NCBI GenBank assembly: GCA_964016885.1
Contig: OZ024742.1
Coordinates: 306,280,001 to 306,344,000, forward strand
Reading direction: 5' to 3'
DNA length: 64,000 nt
Source: Eledone cirrhosa
Taxonomy: Eukaryota
In this document: piece after piece, positions 42,584-59,061 of the stretch
Position numbering within the stretch: position 1 is the stretch's first letter
How the letters are laid out: each line of letters opens with the position of its first letter
Notes under the pieces: generated by a model
What the model was told of the DNA's origin: nothing
Databases searched by the model: none
What the model saw: only the letters and a program-made list of their open reading frames with translations
Made by a program: the position numbers and the translations under genes

Positions 42584-44142
42584 GGGGGCAAAATACTAAA
42601 GATAATAGATCGGAATCAATTCGCAAATACAAAATATGATTATCTACAAAATGGATAAGTTTATAATATACCTAATATGATTATGTACTGAATATTCTAC
42701 CTGAATATCACAATAAACACTTCTTACAACAAACATGAATTGGAAATTTAAAACATTCTAGAAAAAACGCATGCGTTGTTCAACTACTAAATGAATATTA
42801 AATTTTAAATATTGCAAATATTGCTTCTTATTTTCATTCATGAGTGATAAGTGTGACGTCCCAACGAGTATCCTCTACATCCAACTAGCTTACCCTCCGT
42901 CTCCTGGTTCCGGCTTACGTAGAACGGCGAGGGAGGCGCGCCGGAAAAACTCTCTATCTCGAGGGCCTCGCATCTGCAAGAATCCAACTTGATTCCTATA
43001 ACAGTGAGCAGGGATGTAGTCCGGGGTAACAAGCAAAAACGTCTCCATCCCTAGGTAAAGGTAATAAATTCCCTAATCCTAAACGGAAAAATACATATAT
43101 AAATTTCAACTACTCCTATGAAATTATAAAATATTACACATATAGAGATTAGAAAGCGGTGAAATTCAATAAATTGACATTATTTGCTATGTAAGTAAAT
43201 AAAAAAAAATTGAAGCAAATCGAACAACCAACGAAAAAGTGCATTCAAGAACAAAGTCTTACATATTTTCCCATGTGTCATACGCGTATGTAAAAAGATA
43301 ACTATTCCCATCCTATGACTGATAAGGTCACACTTCCTTGTTGTACATAATCATTATCAGATGTTTAATAGAAAAAAAAAGAAAAATGATCAGCAGATGA
43401 TTTCATATAGGCTCACAAATCTATTACAATAATTAAAGACCTTGAACATTCCCCAGCTCAACAGCCGCACCACTCACATCCTCCTTCTTATCAAATCCAC
43501 TCTCATTTAGATGCCTTCATCTAATGTACAACACAAATTATTTTACTACGTTCCTCACCCTGACCAAAGCATGAAGATTGAGTACGTTGGTTGTCACTGA
43601 AAGTGGACGTCTTAAACGTTAGTAGCGAATTCATTTATTTTTTTACTTAAGAAAATTCATAAGAGACACAATATATATCCTACCATGGATATTGTAGCAC
43701 TTATGCTACAAGCACAGGCGTAATAAATATACACGTTTCTATGTATGCAAAAATATATTTCACTTGGAATTGAATGGTTGCATATGGTTTTATATACACC
43801 TCTTTATGAACCACGCTATGTTATCCATTCAAACTAGCACTATATACAAATGAGCATTTCCGGCATGTTTTATACACACAAAGTATTTTATACATTAGCC
43901 CATTCTTATGTTAGTAAGAGTACGTATACATCAATGATGATGTATATAAATCCTGAAACGCTAGTGCCTGGAGTTTTCAAACGGCTACTGAAACAGCTGT
44001 GACATGATCACAAAATTAAATAATCAGACTTATTTGTGTTACTTATTGATAGACCACGCATATTCCTTCACACACTCACACTTACATAAAATACTTACAC
44101 ACACATACACACAGACACACACACACACGCACACACACATAC

Positions 44143-44181
<39 letters not shown>

Positions 44182-44187
<6 letters not shown>

Positions 44188-44817
44188 GAGAAGAAAGAAG
44201 AATACTGCGTAGTTTTCACATGGGTTACATATGATAAAAATAGCCCTTCGTCAGTGATTTTCCAACCATCATTGGTTTTTCATCGCATTAAAAATCAGAT
44301 ACCTCAGGTTGGTGCGAGCAATAACTAAAAAAAAGTTATTGGGACCAGAATTCGCGTAAGGCGAGGGGGACAAGTAAACAACATAGAAGGATAAAAGCAA
44401 ACCGAAGATAGGAAAATAAACAACCAACATGGTTGTCCGGTCAGCATAAACTGCGTGGATTTCATGAGCGAGAGAGGTACAGACCGTGTTGATGTGTGTG
44501 AGATGTGAACAAGAAGAGACCCACACAAGCCAAACGGGAGGAAGTGAGAAGGGGAGAAACAGAGAGTGAGTGAGTGGAAATGTGTGGACGAGGTCAGTCG
44601 AGAGAAAGTGTAACTGACAGAGGGGGCGAAAGAAGGTGAGAGAAACAGAGAGAGCGGGGAAGCAGTAAGAGAGAAACAGACAAACGCAGCCGAGGTAAAT
44701 ATATATAAAAAACATGAGAAGAAAGAAGAATACTGCGTGCTTTGCACATGGGTTACATATGATAAAAATAGTCCTTCGTCAGTGATTTTCCAACCATCAT
44801 TGGTATTTCATCGCATT
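44182..44817. repeat. ~528-bp unit plus partial second unit, homologous to 20495-21362
   Basis: aacatgagaagaaagaagaatactgcgt at 44183 and 44711; shared gtgagaaggggagaaacag..gtgagtgagtggaa; preceded by (TA)n. Confidence 0.8.
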
Positions 44818-45910
44818 GGTGGCTGCCAACTCGTTTTCGAGTAGGGTCACTACTTTATATCCATGTAGGAGAACCCCTACCGATGCGCTGAACGAGTGTG
44901 ACTTTTTAGTCCAGCCAGCGACTTGAAAACTCTGGTACAAACACTACACTTGTGACAATTATTGACACATAGTGCTGGGCCCATGGTACCATGTGACGAC
45001 AAGTGCAGAGAGATCTCCAGATATAAAGCAATGCCTGTGCCGTGAAGCTTTTATAGTGAGCAAAGGCACTGCACAAAGCCAGTCCCACTCTCTTAACCAA
45101 GATGATATTTACCAAAAAGAAGAACAAGTCAACATCATTGGATACCATCAGAGTTGCAGGTGTTATATCAGAGTTTTCCTTCACATATATATATACATAC
45201 ATACATACATGCAACAATACATTCATACATACATATACACATATATATATATATATATGTACATATATATATATGTGTGTGTGTGTGTGTGTCTGTGAGC
45301 GTGTGTATATGTGTAAGTATGTAGGTATGTGCGCGTAAGTACGTATGTATGTATGCATATATATATATTCATTACACAATGATACGTGCACTACCAATAA
45401 TACGAACATTTTTCAGGAATAGGTATTGCATCTTACCTAGCTATATTGTATTGGTACAACTCGTGTCAAACAAGAGGCTATAGCTCCTTATCTTTGTTCC
45501 ACATTATGACATTCCCATGGAAAGGTCAGAATATAACTTTTACCTTATGCCTTATATACTACAATTAAAATGCTGCGAAGAACATTGTTTCTGTTAATCA
45601 ACAAAGGATCTTTGACAACAACCTAAATGGTGTATAAAAGTTCATAGAGACGGTTGGGTGATTTGCAGAACTATTGCATTTCATGGCAGCATTTTCAGGA
45701 AGTGTGTAGAAAATTTGTTTATTTCAGAAGCAATGAACCAGATATAATGTACACAGGAAAGAAGAATCAACGTGCTTTCTGCATGGATAATAGTTGAATT
45801 GTTTCATTTATTTGACATACTACATTCAGGGAGAAAACGTTATCTACATCCATACACACAACATGCACACAAGAAATATGTGTATGTGTGTGTGTATATG
45901 TTTGCGTATT

Positions 45911-45994
<84 letters not shown>

Positions 45995-46099
45995 GTATAT
46001 ACATACACATATTATATGTATACACACACACCTATATACATAATATAACTGTATTTTTGCATTCTTGTGTTTGTTTCGTTTTGTTTCATTTATTAACTA

Positions 46100-47467
46100 T
46101 ATATCTATCTAGGAAGGTTATATTTCCCGAGATCCCTGGACGTGTTTTCTCCAGCGGTCTCTGTCCTTCATCATCGCCGCCATGTACTGCGTCTCCCAGA
46201 CAACAATGTCTGTCCTTAGGACATCAATATATGTCAACCCAGGTCTCCCCTTCTAGTGTGTCCGTGTAGGCTCTCCCACAGGAAGACTGAGTGCTGTGTC
46301 AAATCTGAATGTATTTGAGCATGCCCAGCTAACCTCAATCTCCTCTGTTATTTTGGAGCTGACTTTTGGGAAGCTCCCGTACAGATCTAAGTTCCGCAGC
46401 ATTCTCGTGTAGAACCCATCCACCATCTATGTGAGTTTCGTGGTCAGTGTCCAAGTCTCAGACCCGTACAGTAGCACAGACTCTACTGCAGCAACGAAGT
46501 AACGGATCTTCAGGTCTTTACGAAGGTCCGACTTCCACATCGATTTCAAACTCTGGCCCGCTGTCCAGGCATTGCTCTTCCTCTCAACCACATCATCCTC
46601 TGTGTTCCTAATCTATGCTCCCAGATACAGGAAGTCCTCAAGCAAATCTAGTGGCTTCCCACCTACACTCATACATTTTCTGGATTCTTAATGCTCTCTA
46701 CCAGATACTTCGTCTTAATATCATTCATTCTCAGCCCCATACTCGTCGACATTCTCCACTTCCTGCATCAATTCCTCTGCCTCCTTCACTGTCTTTGTCA
46801 CCAGAAATATGTTGTCAGAAAATTCAGCATCTGATATATTTTTAGCCTTAACTCTCCTGCTCTGAGCCAGTGCTACAGTAAAGCCCATATCCCGGTGCTT
46901 CTCCAACGCAAGGCTCATACAATAGTCCACTGCGGTGATAAAAAGGGAGCCAATGTATCTCCCTAGAGCACTCCAGACAGTATATCAAAGAGCTCCATCA
47001 TCCCGTCAGGCGTAATGACTTGGGCTCTGGTGTGGCTGTAGAGCAGTGATATCAGGTTCACTATCTTTCTGGGGATTCCATAAGCCTGTAAGCTTTTCAT
47101 AATGCAGTGACGGACCGCAGAATCAAAGGCCTTCATAAAGTCAATGAAAACCATGACAGCAGGGATGCTCTTTGCTCTAGCTCCCTCTAATATCCTCCTC
47201 AGCATCAGGATGTGACTGGTGGCTGGTCTTCCCTCTCTGAAGCCATTCTGGTTGTTCCTCAGCTTCTCGATCTCGGGCTTGATGCTGTTAAGAATCATCC
47301 CGTTGAGGGACTTTGCCACGAGTGACGTCAGTGAGATCCTCCTATAGTTGCTGGTGTTAGAGAGATCTCTCTGGAACTATGTTACTGAACCTCCACTGAT
47401 TCAGGACAACTCTTTTCTCCACTGCCTGGTTACAAAACTCCATGATTATATCATCAAAATCACACCA
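46100..47467 (-). mobile_element. 5'-truncated RTE-clade LINE, RT pseudogene
   Basis: NYRRISLTS, QNGFREGR, FIDFMKAFDS, GVL*GDTLAPFLF, LLYGSETWTL, C-terminal MKDRDRWR. Confidence 0.88.
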
Positions 47468-47479
47468 CTTAAACAACAT

Positions 47480-48450
47480 GCTAGTTGTCAGGTAGTAGAC
47501 TATTTTCCTCTAGGAATGTGATCAGTCTCTTTCAGATGACAAATTCCATGATTCTACTGTTATGTGATGTCAAAGACAATTCTGCATTTTATACCATCTG
47601 TTCTGATTTCCCCTATATGTATAGGACATACTATGTTTTCCTTTTGCTTTCCGCGTAATTTACCACATGCGAGAGATCTTTGGAAGTGGATCTTTAATAG
47701 TTTTACTAGGGTCCGTTTGCATGTTTTTAGGAGACTTGTTTCGAATCCAGTAGGGACGGCAGCTGTATTTGATCTGTATTGGGGTGTTTGAGAACAGTTT
47801 CAATTTCAAACATTTGTTGCTTCAAATGGGATACTTTATTGCTACTTAAGTGCATGTTTAAACGATTTAGGATAATGGTCATTGACTTTTGAACTTTCTT
47901 TCTGGGGCATATTTAAAGCATATAGTTTATATTGTTGTCATGAAATTTTCAAGTTTCATGTTGATATATTGCATAGAGAGGCTCCTGGACAATTTTTACT
48001 TTCGAAAATGTTGGGAATCCTTTTCCAGTTTGTTTGTGATGTTTAGGCTAGATAGAATTCGTGGGCTTTCAGTATTTTTCGTATTAATTGGCTTCCTTGA
48101 AGAATATGTTGTCAATTCTACTGTATTATGGTCCTAGAAAATCTTTGGTGTCAACTTGACATTTGTTTGAGTTTAGTGTTATTTGTGAAGCAGAGATTTA
48201 GGACATTATTGCTCTTTATTGGATGTAGTGCTACTTTTTACTATGAACAGTCTGTTTTTAGGTAAATCGGGTATTCAGTCCGTCTTTGTTCCTGTGCTTT
48301 CGTTCTTAAGAGAAAGTAGCTTTCCGATTATTTGATTTTGTGGACTTTGATGTCTTTCAACATATGTATGTTAAGAATCTGATCTAGATTTGATAAAACC
48401 TTTTTCAATTCATGATTTTGGATATCTGATGAGCGATAAGTAGTACATGT
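47480..48450 (-). mobile_element. Highly degraded CR1/L2-like LINE ORF2 fragment
   Basis: Minus strand 47500-47790 reads TAAVPTGFETSLLKTCKRTLVKLLKIHFQRSLACGKL..ENIVCPIHIG, similar to RT domain 0/1 of CR1-type LINEs; right boundary approximate. Confidence 0.55.
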
Positions 48451-48605
48451 TGGCATTTTCAGTTGCTATATGTGTACTATTGATGTGCCAAAGACTCAAA
48501 TAGAATATGCCAACAGTATATCCAAGGTCACATGCTGTGGTATCTGTGTGTGAACTTCAGATATACAATAAAAACATTTAAAAGTGAAACTTAATTATCG
48601 CATAC

Positions 48606-48639
<34 letters not shown>

Positions 48640-48998
48640 GGTCAAGACAATGTTTTGCTACTCTGGAGTAGCAAAACTTGTCATCTGACAAGAATAAACT
48701 TTTAGAATTTACAGAAAATTCCGTGTGAAGAGACTCAGAATAGCAGAAGCCAAAATAAGCAGCAGAAAAACAGAGGAAAGAAAGAAGATGGGAGGTAGAA
48801 AACAGGGTAAAAACATAAAGAAAAGAGAATAAGGATATACAGGAAAGGCGAAATATTAATAGTTACCGTGAAATCGGGGCAGCGATAAAGATATATGCCA
48901 GGAAATAGGAATAGACAAGGAAATATTAAGTTCTAAATAGCTATGTCACTTGGAGTAAATACGTTCCGTTATATCATGTTTGTTCCTATTTCTTTCAG

Positions 48999-49036
48999 AT
49001 GAATGTTCCATATGTTACTATGACAGCAACAAACGG
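48999..49036 (+). CDS. Putative 38-nt host exon (MNVPYVTMTATNG in phase 0; alternative frame ECSICYYDSNKR)
   Basis: Strong acceptor cctatttctttcag, donor gtatgt; phase-compatible with 7365-7494 and 53389. Confidence 0.45.
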
Positions 49037-49947
49037 GTATGTATAGCGAATGTCTATTTCGTCAATCAAAAACTTATCAATGTCAGTGTATGAAGCATTT
49101 TCAATGAAGAGTATTCAATAATTAAATGAGTAAACATATAAGGAAATAGATTGAATTTGTTAAGTTGATAAAGTTTCTCTGGACATGAAGCCACTACAAT
49201 ATATCTAATTCAGAACATTATTGAACTTGTTATAATCAACACAATATATTGAGATCTACCAAAGACGATGTGAAGACTAACAACAAGTGCAGCAGCAACA
49301 ACAACAACAACAACAATAGTAGCATCAGCAGCAACAACAACATCAACAACAGCCACAACAACGGCAAGAAGAGAAATAGGAATTATAACAAGAGCAATAA
49401 TAAAAGAGGAACAACAACAACAACACCAGCGGCAAGAAGGGCAATAAGGACGAGAAGAAATACTAGGACAATAAGAAGAACAAGAACAAGGGTAACAACA
49501 CCAGCAAGCATAACAACAACAATAAGAGCAATAAAAACACAAACAACAATACCAATTAGAAGAACTACAACGAACAACAATGGCAATTCCAGGAATACCA
49601 ACAAGAGAAAAACAATATACTTGAGGCAAACTACAAAATAAACGGATTACTTTTCACGATAAAGTTCTGAGTAATTGATTAATTGATTTTGTAAGAGACA
49701 TTTAATTCATGGCAGACATTACTGTATGATTCTTCATCTATATACAACGGTGTTGGATTATATGAGTGTTTGTTTGTTGTGTTGTTTTTGTTTTTGTGTC
49801 TTTCATTTGTCATTTCCTGTATGTGGTAAAAAGTGTGGGTCTGTATGTGAAGGCATATATATATGTGTGTGTTTGTGTGTGTGTTTGTGTCTCTCTGTGT
49901 GTGTATGCGTATGTATATATGTATATGTATATATGTATATATATATA

Positions 49948-50006
<59 letters not shown>

Positions 50007-50158
50007 ATATATATATAATTTATATTTATATATACATATACATATGTATATACATACTCATACACACACACGCATACATATATATAAATATGTATGTATA
50101 TATGTATACATGTATGTATATATGTATATATGTATATATATATATATGTATATATGTA

Positions 50159-50280
<122 letters not shown>

Positions 50281-51244
50281 CTTGTGTGTGCGCGTGTGTG
50301 TGCTTATTTGACATTTAAATATCACTGACCACAGGCTTGCTCATTTTCTATATTTCCACTACTGTTTTAATTAACCTTTTATATTGGACCATTTGAAAGA
50401 TGGGAGTAAGGGGGATATGGTCGGATTAAATACCTACGAATGTGTATATATGTGCTATATATATAGTATGCGTCTGTGTGTCTGGTGGGGGTGGGGGGTA
50501 TCTTTTTCTCTATGTCCGGTATCGTTCTCGTAAATCGGGTTACTAAATTGAATGATTCGAGATGAATATAGAGCATTACCTTAGCCCCCTTTTACCGATT
50601 TCGCTAGTCAAAACACAGCATAATAATAAAAGCGCTACATATATCACCTTTTTCTTCATTGATTGCTTAACATGGCAATATTAATTACATTGCATAATAT
50701 AATTAAATGAGGAACAACATTTTCTGAAAGCTCTACATTAATTTATAGTCTTTATATAGTCAAGAAATCGATGTTTTTTTAAAAATCGTAAACATTTCCT
50801 CTGTGGAAAACTTTCATGAAATTTCGAGAAGATATACGAAAATAATTAAATTGATATTCTCTAGAAATCGTCGAGTTATTTATATTTCCGTCCAAAGCTA
50901 ATATAAATATAGAACAGCCAATATAAATTACTTAAGGTAATTCAAAAACCATTTTTATATAACATTTCTTGCTGTCGAGGACTTTTACAATTATCTATCT
51001 TCACCATTCCTAACACCATCCCATTAATTGTCTATAAATTCACCAAACCAAACTACATTTCTTTAATTACCTACAGTGCTATCAGTCATAAATCTCTCTC
51101 TTTTGCCAACCTTTTTATCCTATTGCCACGGCTTTCCCAACACTCTCTTTATTAGTTTTTTTTTTACATATCTCGCGATGTTTCATCTAAACTATCCCAT
51201 GTTGTACCATCTCGTTAATTGTTCACATGCATTATATTTTCTTC

Positions 51245-51437
51245 AAGGGCGGTGGATTGGCAGTATTCGTAGAGGGTCGGACGCCATGCTTTGACGCATA
51301 GAGTTACGGGCCTTGCCATTCTGAGTTCAAATCCCGCCGAGGTTAACTTTGCCTTTCATCCTTACGGGGTCGATAAAATAAAGTACCAGTAAGACACTGG
51401 GAAATTGCTGGCCTTGTGCCTAACGTAGAAACAATTA
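51245..51437 (+). mobile_element. Full-length SINE family A
   Basis: Full head, core and tail; imperfect flanking duplication attatatt. Confidence 0.9.
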
Positions 51438-52207
51438 TATTGTCTACAAGGATGTATTAGAATCCATGGAAATACTTGAAGCATTGTCTTACACCCTGGC
51501 GGTAAGATTGCTCACCCTCTACTAAATTCTGCTCATTTAATGTAACATTTACATGTCACCTATAAGAGTAGAATCCGGACCAAAATATGTTGCTAAATAT
51601 CAGAGGCCACTGATATAATTCCCATAATCTCAAACTGGTATCAAATACTTCAGATGTAAACGCTATATTATTGCCCTTGCTACATGCTATGGATTTAATG
51701 AGAAATGTATTGCTAACAATATCGCATATCTATTGGTTATGTATTTCAGCCGAGAATTCTTACTGATGCACTGTGGAGTATAGAGATGTTTCTATATAAT
51801 GTACAGATATATGCATACAATATTACAATATCATTACGTCGTGCTCACCATCGTGATGACATCATAACAGTGCCACTACATTATGCCGAGGCTCAACACT
51901 GAATTCGCAAGTGTCTATTGATCTCTACTTAAAAACGAACAACGGATTAAATAGCCCGGAATTAACCTAACATAACACATACACAAACACTCACACTCAC
52001 ACACAAACATGTATATATATATATGGAGGAAGTTTTAGTTCACTTGAAGCATTGTGTAATGAGGTATAAACGTTTGTATACGTATAATTATTTAAATAAA
52101 TCTAAGGTAAAAGACTAATTGTCAACAATATCTTTTGCATTTGCATTCTTTAGTCTATGTCCATACCTGCATTGTTTTGCTTTATTATACATATACAAAC
52201 GTTTATA

Positions 52208-52282
<75 letters not shown>

Positions 52283-53388
52283 GCGATAGAGAGGTTTGCA
52301 TTGATACTCATTGATTTAACACCAAGGTCTTATCAAATATAAATATATGAACTTTTTTATTGGAACGGAAAAATATCCAGAACAATGAACAACTAGAATA
52401 AGACATAAAAAGGAAGAGGAGATGGAATAAAAGCAGGGAGGTGTTAAATAATATTAAATTTCAAAACAAATATCTATTCAGATAAAAGGTAATTGTTAGC
52501 AGACTGAATATAAGAATTTGTCTTATTTCTGCGCGGAAATCCCGAGTCCTATGGTGTTTGAATGATAGGAACGATGATAATACCATTAATGAAATGAATT
52601 GGCATGTTTTTTGTATGAGCTTTAGTGTATATTACTTTTCTCCTTCATTGCCTATCAAAGAATTCATACTACATCCTTAAAATATTTAACCGAAACCTAT
52701 AACTGCAACGTTTTTTCCTGTGACCCATCAGACGTCTTTTAAATGAAATAATTACCGAAATAACATTAATATCAGCAGTATCTTAGCCTCTGTTATCCCA
52801 TCAAATACTTAAAACTTGTTCGTACATCCCCGGTCGACATATGTAATGGACTTAAATTTATTATCTTAACCTTATTGATGGCTTTTCGTGTCGTGTGGTC
52901 GTTTCAGCGAAAGCCTGTTGGTTTTTCTTTCCAGTTTATTTTAACTCGTTTGGGCCAGAAAAAAAAACTGTGGCTAATGTCTTCACATGTCTTCAGAGAT
53001 CAGTGATAGCCATAAAGTAAAAAGAAAACAATATTTGCATAGAAGAAATTCCATGCACTGAACACTCTTGTTTTCAGGATTTCTATATTCACTTGTCTTC
53101 ACTTTTATATTGTAATTTGCTTTAAAGAAATGAAACATTAAATAATGCTAGTCAACAAATCCCTAAAAATACAACACGTCTAGGGCTGGAGTATACTTGA
53201 TAACATCCCCGCAGTATCAGTTTTAGTCTGAGGTTAATAAAGAAAATGTACATTGGTGTAATTAACATAATTAACGTCAGATTTACTAATTTAAATCCTT
53301 ATAACTCCAGTATAATCTTAAGTTATTCTTGTGGAAAAAACTTATGATCAAAGACATTCCACATATGACTCTCCCATTTTTATTTCAG

Positions 53389-53422
53389 ACATTGGCGTCT
53401 TTCGTGGGATTATAGTGTATAA
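53389..53422 (+). CDS. Putative terminal coding exon (HWRLSWDYSV*) followed by unique 3' UTR-like sequence
   Basis: Acceptor cccatttttatttcag; completes the GG|A codon; AATAAA at 53561, 54422, 54563. Confidence 0.4.
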
Positions 53423-55462
53423 TTTGAGTGATTGCATTTCGAGAGACTTGAGCCACAATAATTCCTAATTTTCACCCTATAATTCATGAAATCGTAATAT
53501 ATGGGAGAGTGCATCAGATGGTGCTGTAAGATCGTGTGACTCATGTTCTGCGAAGCATAGAATAAATAAATTCTGCAATAGTACATATATCTCTGAAATT
53601 CTCTCAACTCAATTGAAATAATAAAATCACGTGCAAAGGCACGCGGCAATCGATTCTACATATCTAAGAGGAAAATGCCCTATATAGATGGAATGAGGAG
53701 AAACTTTATTATCATTCAGTTCATCCGTTTTACGTATCCGGTAATTTGCATCATTTATTCAACCACTTCCATTTTCTATTCCAGCTATCTCTTAAATGAA
53801 CAATCGGTTAAGACATTTTATCATTTTTATGCAAATCTCCAATACTTTCACGTCACAAATCTATCCAACTTTACCATAAACTACATCCAGGTAATGTATC
53901 CTATTCAATTTTATTTCACCCTTTGCCCTTAATCTCTATCCGACCGTAATGATGCTTGTGTCCCCCTTCTGTTCAAACAGTGAATGCTAAGCCTCTTCTA
54001 TGGAGATTTCCCCCATATAACCTGTTTCACGCAGTTCCGCAAGTATATGCATGATATTCTTAATTCACATTGAACATAAGATTTCATTGGCTGCTGCCAA
54101 ATGTACAACAAATAGGCAGCGTTATTAGGTTTTCTGAATTGCTCATGATTCAATTTTAATGTCGCCTTTGCCGTTATCCAACACCTCAGCTGTAACATCT
54201 CTTCGAATGGCCAAGCAATGCTACGACTTCTTTATCAGTGCTGCAATTATCTTTGAAAAGTTCTTTCAATTATGCATCGCATTACAGATTCAGGACAAAA
54301 GTAGTATGCATATCTATTTGTAAGCTTTCTACATCATATCAATAACTGTATTAATTTCAATTTTTGCCAATTGAAAGAAAATATCGAGTGAATATTGTTA
54401 ACCTATTCTGAAGTGTTTGATAATAAAAAAGAATCGGAGTATTGACCTGTAATATATAACTTTATAACGGACTATATCGATATTAGTACTATATTGTTAC
54501 AGAAATCAAGCTTCTGGCATTTAAACAGCACCTACCAACAACCCTGGATTCAGAGAACCATTAATAAATGTACATATATACATACATATATATATATATA
54601 TCAGACAAGATGTTATTGTCATTTTTGAACATGGGCAATATTGTTATATTGGAGATGGTCATGTGGAAACTATCGCCAATAATCAAAAAGGCACGCACCA
54701 TAAGATTTTCCTTTTTTCAACTTATTTTCTTTTTATTACTATTTATTGATTAGTTAGTCAAAGTTCTATCGTCACACATTCTGTGACCTCCTCAATGACT
54801 ATCTGTTTTCTTTTGTGTCACCTTTTTTTCTGTTTTTAATCTGTTACTCTATCGTGTCTTTTGTTTTGAGTTCCATTTTCGTGATACTTGTCTTCAAATG
54901 TTTTGAACCTGCGCCGCCGTCGCTATTGGGAGTGTATCTTTGTGATTGCCATGTCTATGAGCTCTCTATCCTTGTCTGTGGGTTTGTATGTTTAAATATT
55001 GTATCTTTTTTCCTATTTAGTCTTCAGTCGTCGTTAGGTTACTTGATGTTACTATTCCAATCTTGTATTTTCTTCAGTCTAGATATATCTTCTACCAGTT
55101 ACGTGGTCTCCGTAAATTTACTGATTGTTGCGTCCATTCCATGTGTGGATAAAAAAATAAAGTGAAAAATTTAAAGTGAAAAAAGTGAAAATGACATGGT
55201 GCGCATGTCTGTTATTGTCAATACTAGCAACGTGATCATTAACAAATATAAGAATATTAGTTTCAACACATGATTTCACATCAGGAATCTTGCAAAATAA
55301 ATGCACACACACACACATATGTATTTATATATATATATATATATTGTGTCGTCAAGTATGAAATTTGTTGGAGTTTGTCGAAAAAAATTAAATTTCGACA
55401 AGTTTCTACAAGTTTCATACATGACGCCAGAATATTTATATATATATGTATATATTTATATA

Positions 55463-55575
<113 letters not shown>

Positions 55576-55882
55576 ATATACGTATAAAAATGCATAGATT
55601 TGCATATTTGTGTGCGTATGAAAATATATATATACGTACATGTGTGTGTGTCTGTGTAGAACTATACACATGCATATATTTACCGGTATATATATATATG
55701 TGTGTATATATAATTAAATGCTTATATATAATACTGTAGCAGGATTAAGATGAAGAAATATGACATATATTTATTTTAGCATCCAGTAGTTTCATACACA
55801 AACACGTACACACATGCATACATATATTTATTTATGTGTGGGTGGTACTGGTACGCGTGTATATTTCTATATAACTATATAA

Positions 55883-55984
<102 letters not shown>

Positions 55985-56054
55985 CACATTTCTAATTGCA
56001 TACTTCTATTCTTACCACCATTACACTCTTAGAGTCATTCCCTATTTCGTTTTC

Positions 56055-56121
<67 letters not shown>

Positions 56122-56160
56122 TATAATATATATAAATATTTATAATATATATAACATATA

Positions 56161-56278
<118 letters not shown>

Positions 56279-56442
56279 GAGAGAGAGAGAAATAAAAATG
56301 CATATATATGTGTGTGCTTGTATATAGAGAGATTTTTTTCATCAGAGTAGTGTCACTTTCGCATTGAAATCATATGCACTATTATAATCAATTCTTCCTG
56401 CATGCGTTTGTCTCTTTGCCTAATAGAAAGTGTGTATGAACA

Positions 56443-56502
<60 letters not shown>

Positions 56503-57379
56503 TCATACATAAAGTCATGCATACACATATCCCTAAACACTCATACATGCATGCATATAAACATACATACATGCATACAAACAAACAAACATTTATGCAT
56601 ACATACATACATATATTGTATATACGCACGTCTGTTCATCTCCTCTATCCATATATCCATATTTACATGTTTGATGATTGTTTGTTTGCAAACAATTAAA
56701 TATACACTATATAAATAAATAAAGCTTTAAGTAGAAATATATAAGTGCTAAGTGAATAGAGATTGAGAATGATATAACAAAGCCATATATACAGAGAAAT
56801 GAGAAGAAAAAAGAGCCCAAAACTAAAGAAATACATATAATTGTAAGAAAGTAAAATTCAATACATAATGGGAAATGCAAAGAAATATAAAGAAATCAGG
56901 GGACTGTGCGGCTGTGTCGTTTAAAATGATGTTTTAACCAGAAGAGACATTTTAAAGAATAGAAATGAAATAGAGACAATAGGATACATGAGAGAAATCT
57001 AAAAAAGCGAAAAACGAAATGGAACAAGACAATGATAACTACTAGTAAAATCTACATAAAGAATCTGAAGTAGAACAATAATAAATAAAACCAAAAAAAT
57101 ACAATTGTAAAGATAAAAATTCATAGAAATTTCAGATGAAGTGAGCTAAGAAAAAATATTAGTAAATAAAAAGACCCATGACAATGATGAAATAAGAGGA
57201 AGAAAAAAGACTTAGCATATGAAAGAGGAATGCAAGTAACTTTTTAAAAAAATAATATACGAATAATAATTCCAGATATAAATTTCGAAACTGTATATAT
57301 ATGTATTTATATATATATGTACATATATATATATATATATATATGTGCATATATATACATATATATATGTATATATGTG

Positions 57380-57411
<32 letters not shown>

Positions 57412-57756
57412 AGTGTATATATCAGTGAGTGTATATATACATATATACAATATATAAAATAGTTATATACATATATATAACTATTTATATATACATATAT
57501 ATCTCTACATATATGTATGTAAATTATATATATATATATATTATTTTTAGTCTATGTGTGTGTGTGTGTGTGTGTGTTCGAGAGATAGAGAGAGAGAGAG
57601 TTTATGGGGTGTGGGGTGTGGGTGGGGTGGGGTGGGGTGTGCGTGTATGTATGGTGCATGTGTGTGAATTCAGAAAAGCCAGCTAAAATGCATTTCAATC
57701 TATATAGAAATATCATGAAACATAGAATGGATGAGATGATACATAGATGGCACATA

Positions 57757-57812
<56 letters not shown>

Positions 57813-57832
57813 TTATATATATATATATACAG

Positions 57833-57908
<76 letters not shown>

Positions 57909-58324
57909 ACAAAAGGAAATATTCAAGAAGACAAGAAAAGATCAGTGGAATAAGATGAGAAATGATGAATGAAAATGTAAACGTAAGACAAAGCAAGGAA
58001 ATAATGGAATGTATTTTATACGAAATTCAAGAATTCACGTTGATACGTATGATCTCTATAAATATACATATACAGATATTTCTCGCTTTTTTCGCATTAG
58101 CTCTTTTTATGTTTCTTCATCTCACTCTTTCTCTGGCTCTCTCAATTTCTCTCACCCTATCTATCTTTCTTTCTTTTATTATGTCCCCCATTCCTACCCT
58201 AAGTTTTCTCTATATAAGTGTGTCCGACACATATCAATCAATCCCCCCCATCTCTCTCTATTATAAATAAACATATATATATATGTGTGTGTGTGTGTCT
58301 GTATGTCTATATATATATATTTAG

Positions 58325-58379
<55 letters not shown>

Positions 58380-58993
58380 GTGTATGTATGTACGCATACT
58401 TACATATTTCAACGCAACACGCCCAAATTTTTAGGGAGTTCGATTTGCAATCACTATATACCGGGTTCTATCCTACTCAGTGTCATGATAGGCTCGTGTC
58501 ATTTACCATGACAGCACATCGACACAAGAGTGGATGGAATCTTTTAAAAGCCGGCGGATGGACAGTAATACAGACTTGTCACATCGAGTCCGTTGAATAT
58601 CCTTAAGAAGTACGTTAAGTTTACACCTATATATGTTATGTTCAGCCACTTGCGCATTAATTTCATGAGGATGACATCCCATTGGTCGAATAGATTCAAC
58701 ACTCATCGTCGACACCGATATGATCCATTTCAAATAAATGTATGTATAGAAAAAAAGAGTGTAATACATATCATGTGCTTATCTAAATTTCTTAGAATTG
58801 TTTTATATAATTCAATGTGCGCCGATCTTATATTTATGAAAACCTGGTAAAGTAAAAGTAATGGACACATTTTCGTTTTATTAAATATTTAAAACGAGCA
58901 CATTCACTTAACAATCTCCCCTGACGTAACGGTTCTCTCTCTATATATATATATATTTATATACATAGAGAGAGAGAGAGAGGGAGAGAGAGA

Positions 58994-59061
<68 letters not shown>

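Noticed and set aside
49249-49641. Asn/Thr/Arg-rich ORF
   Set aside because: Degenerate (AAC)n/(AAG)n low-complexity DNA
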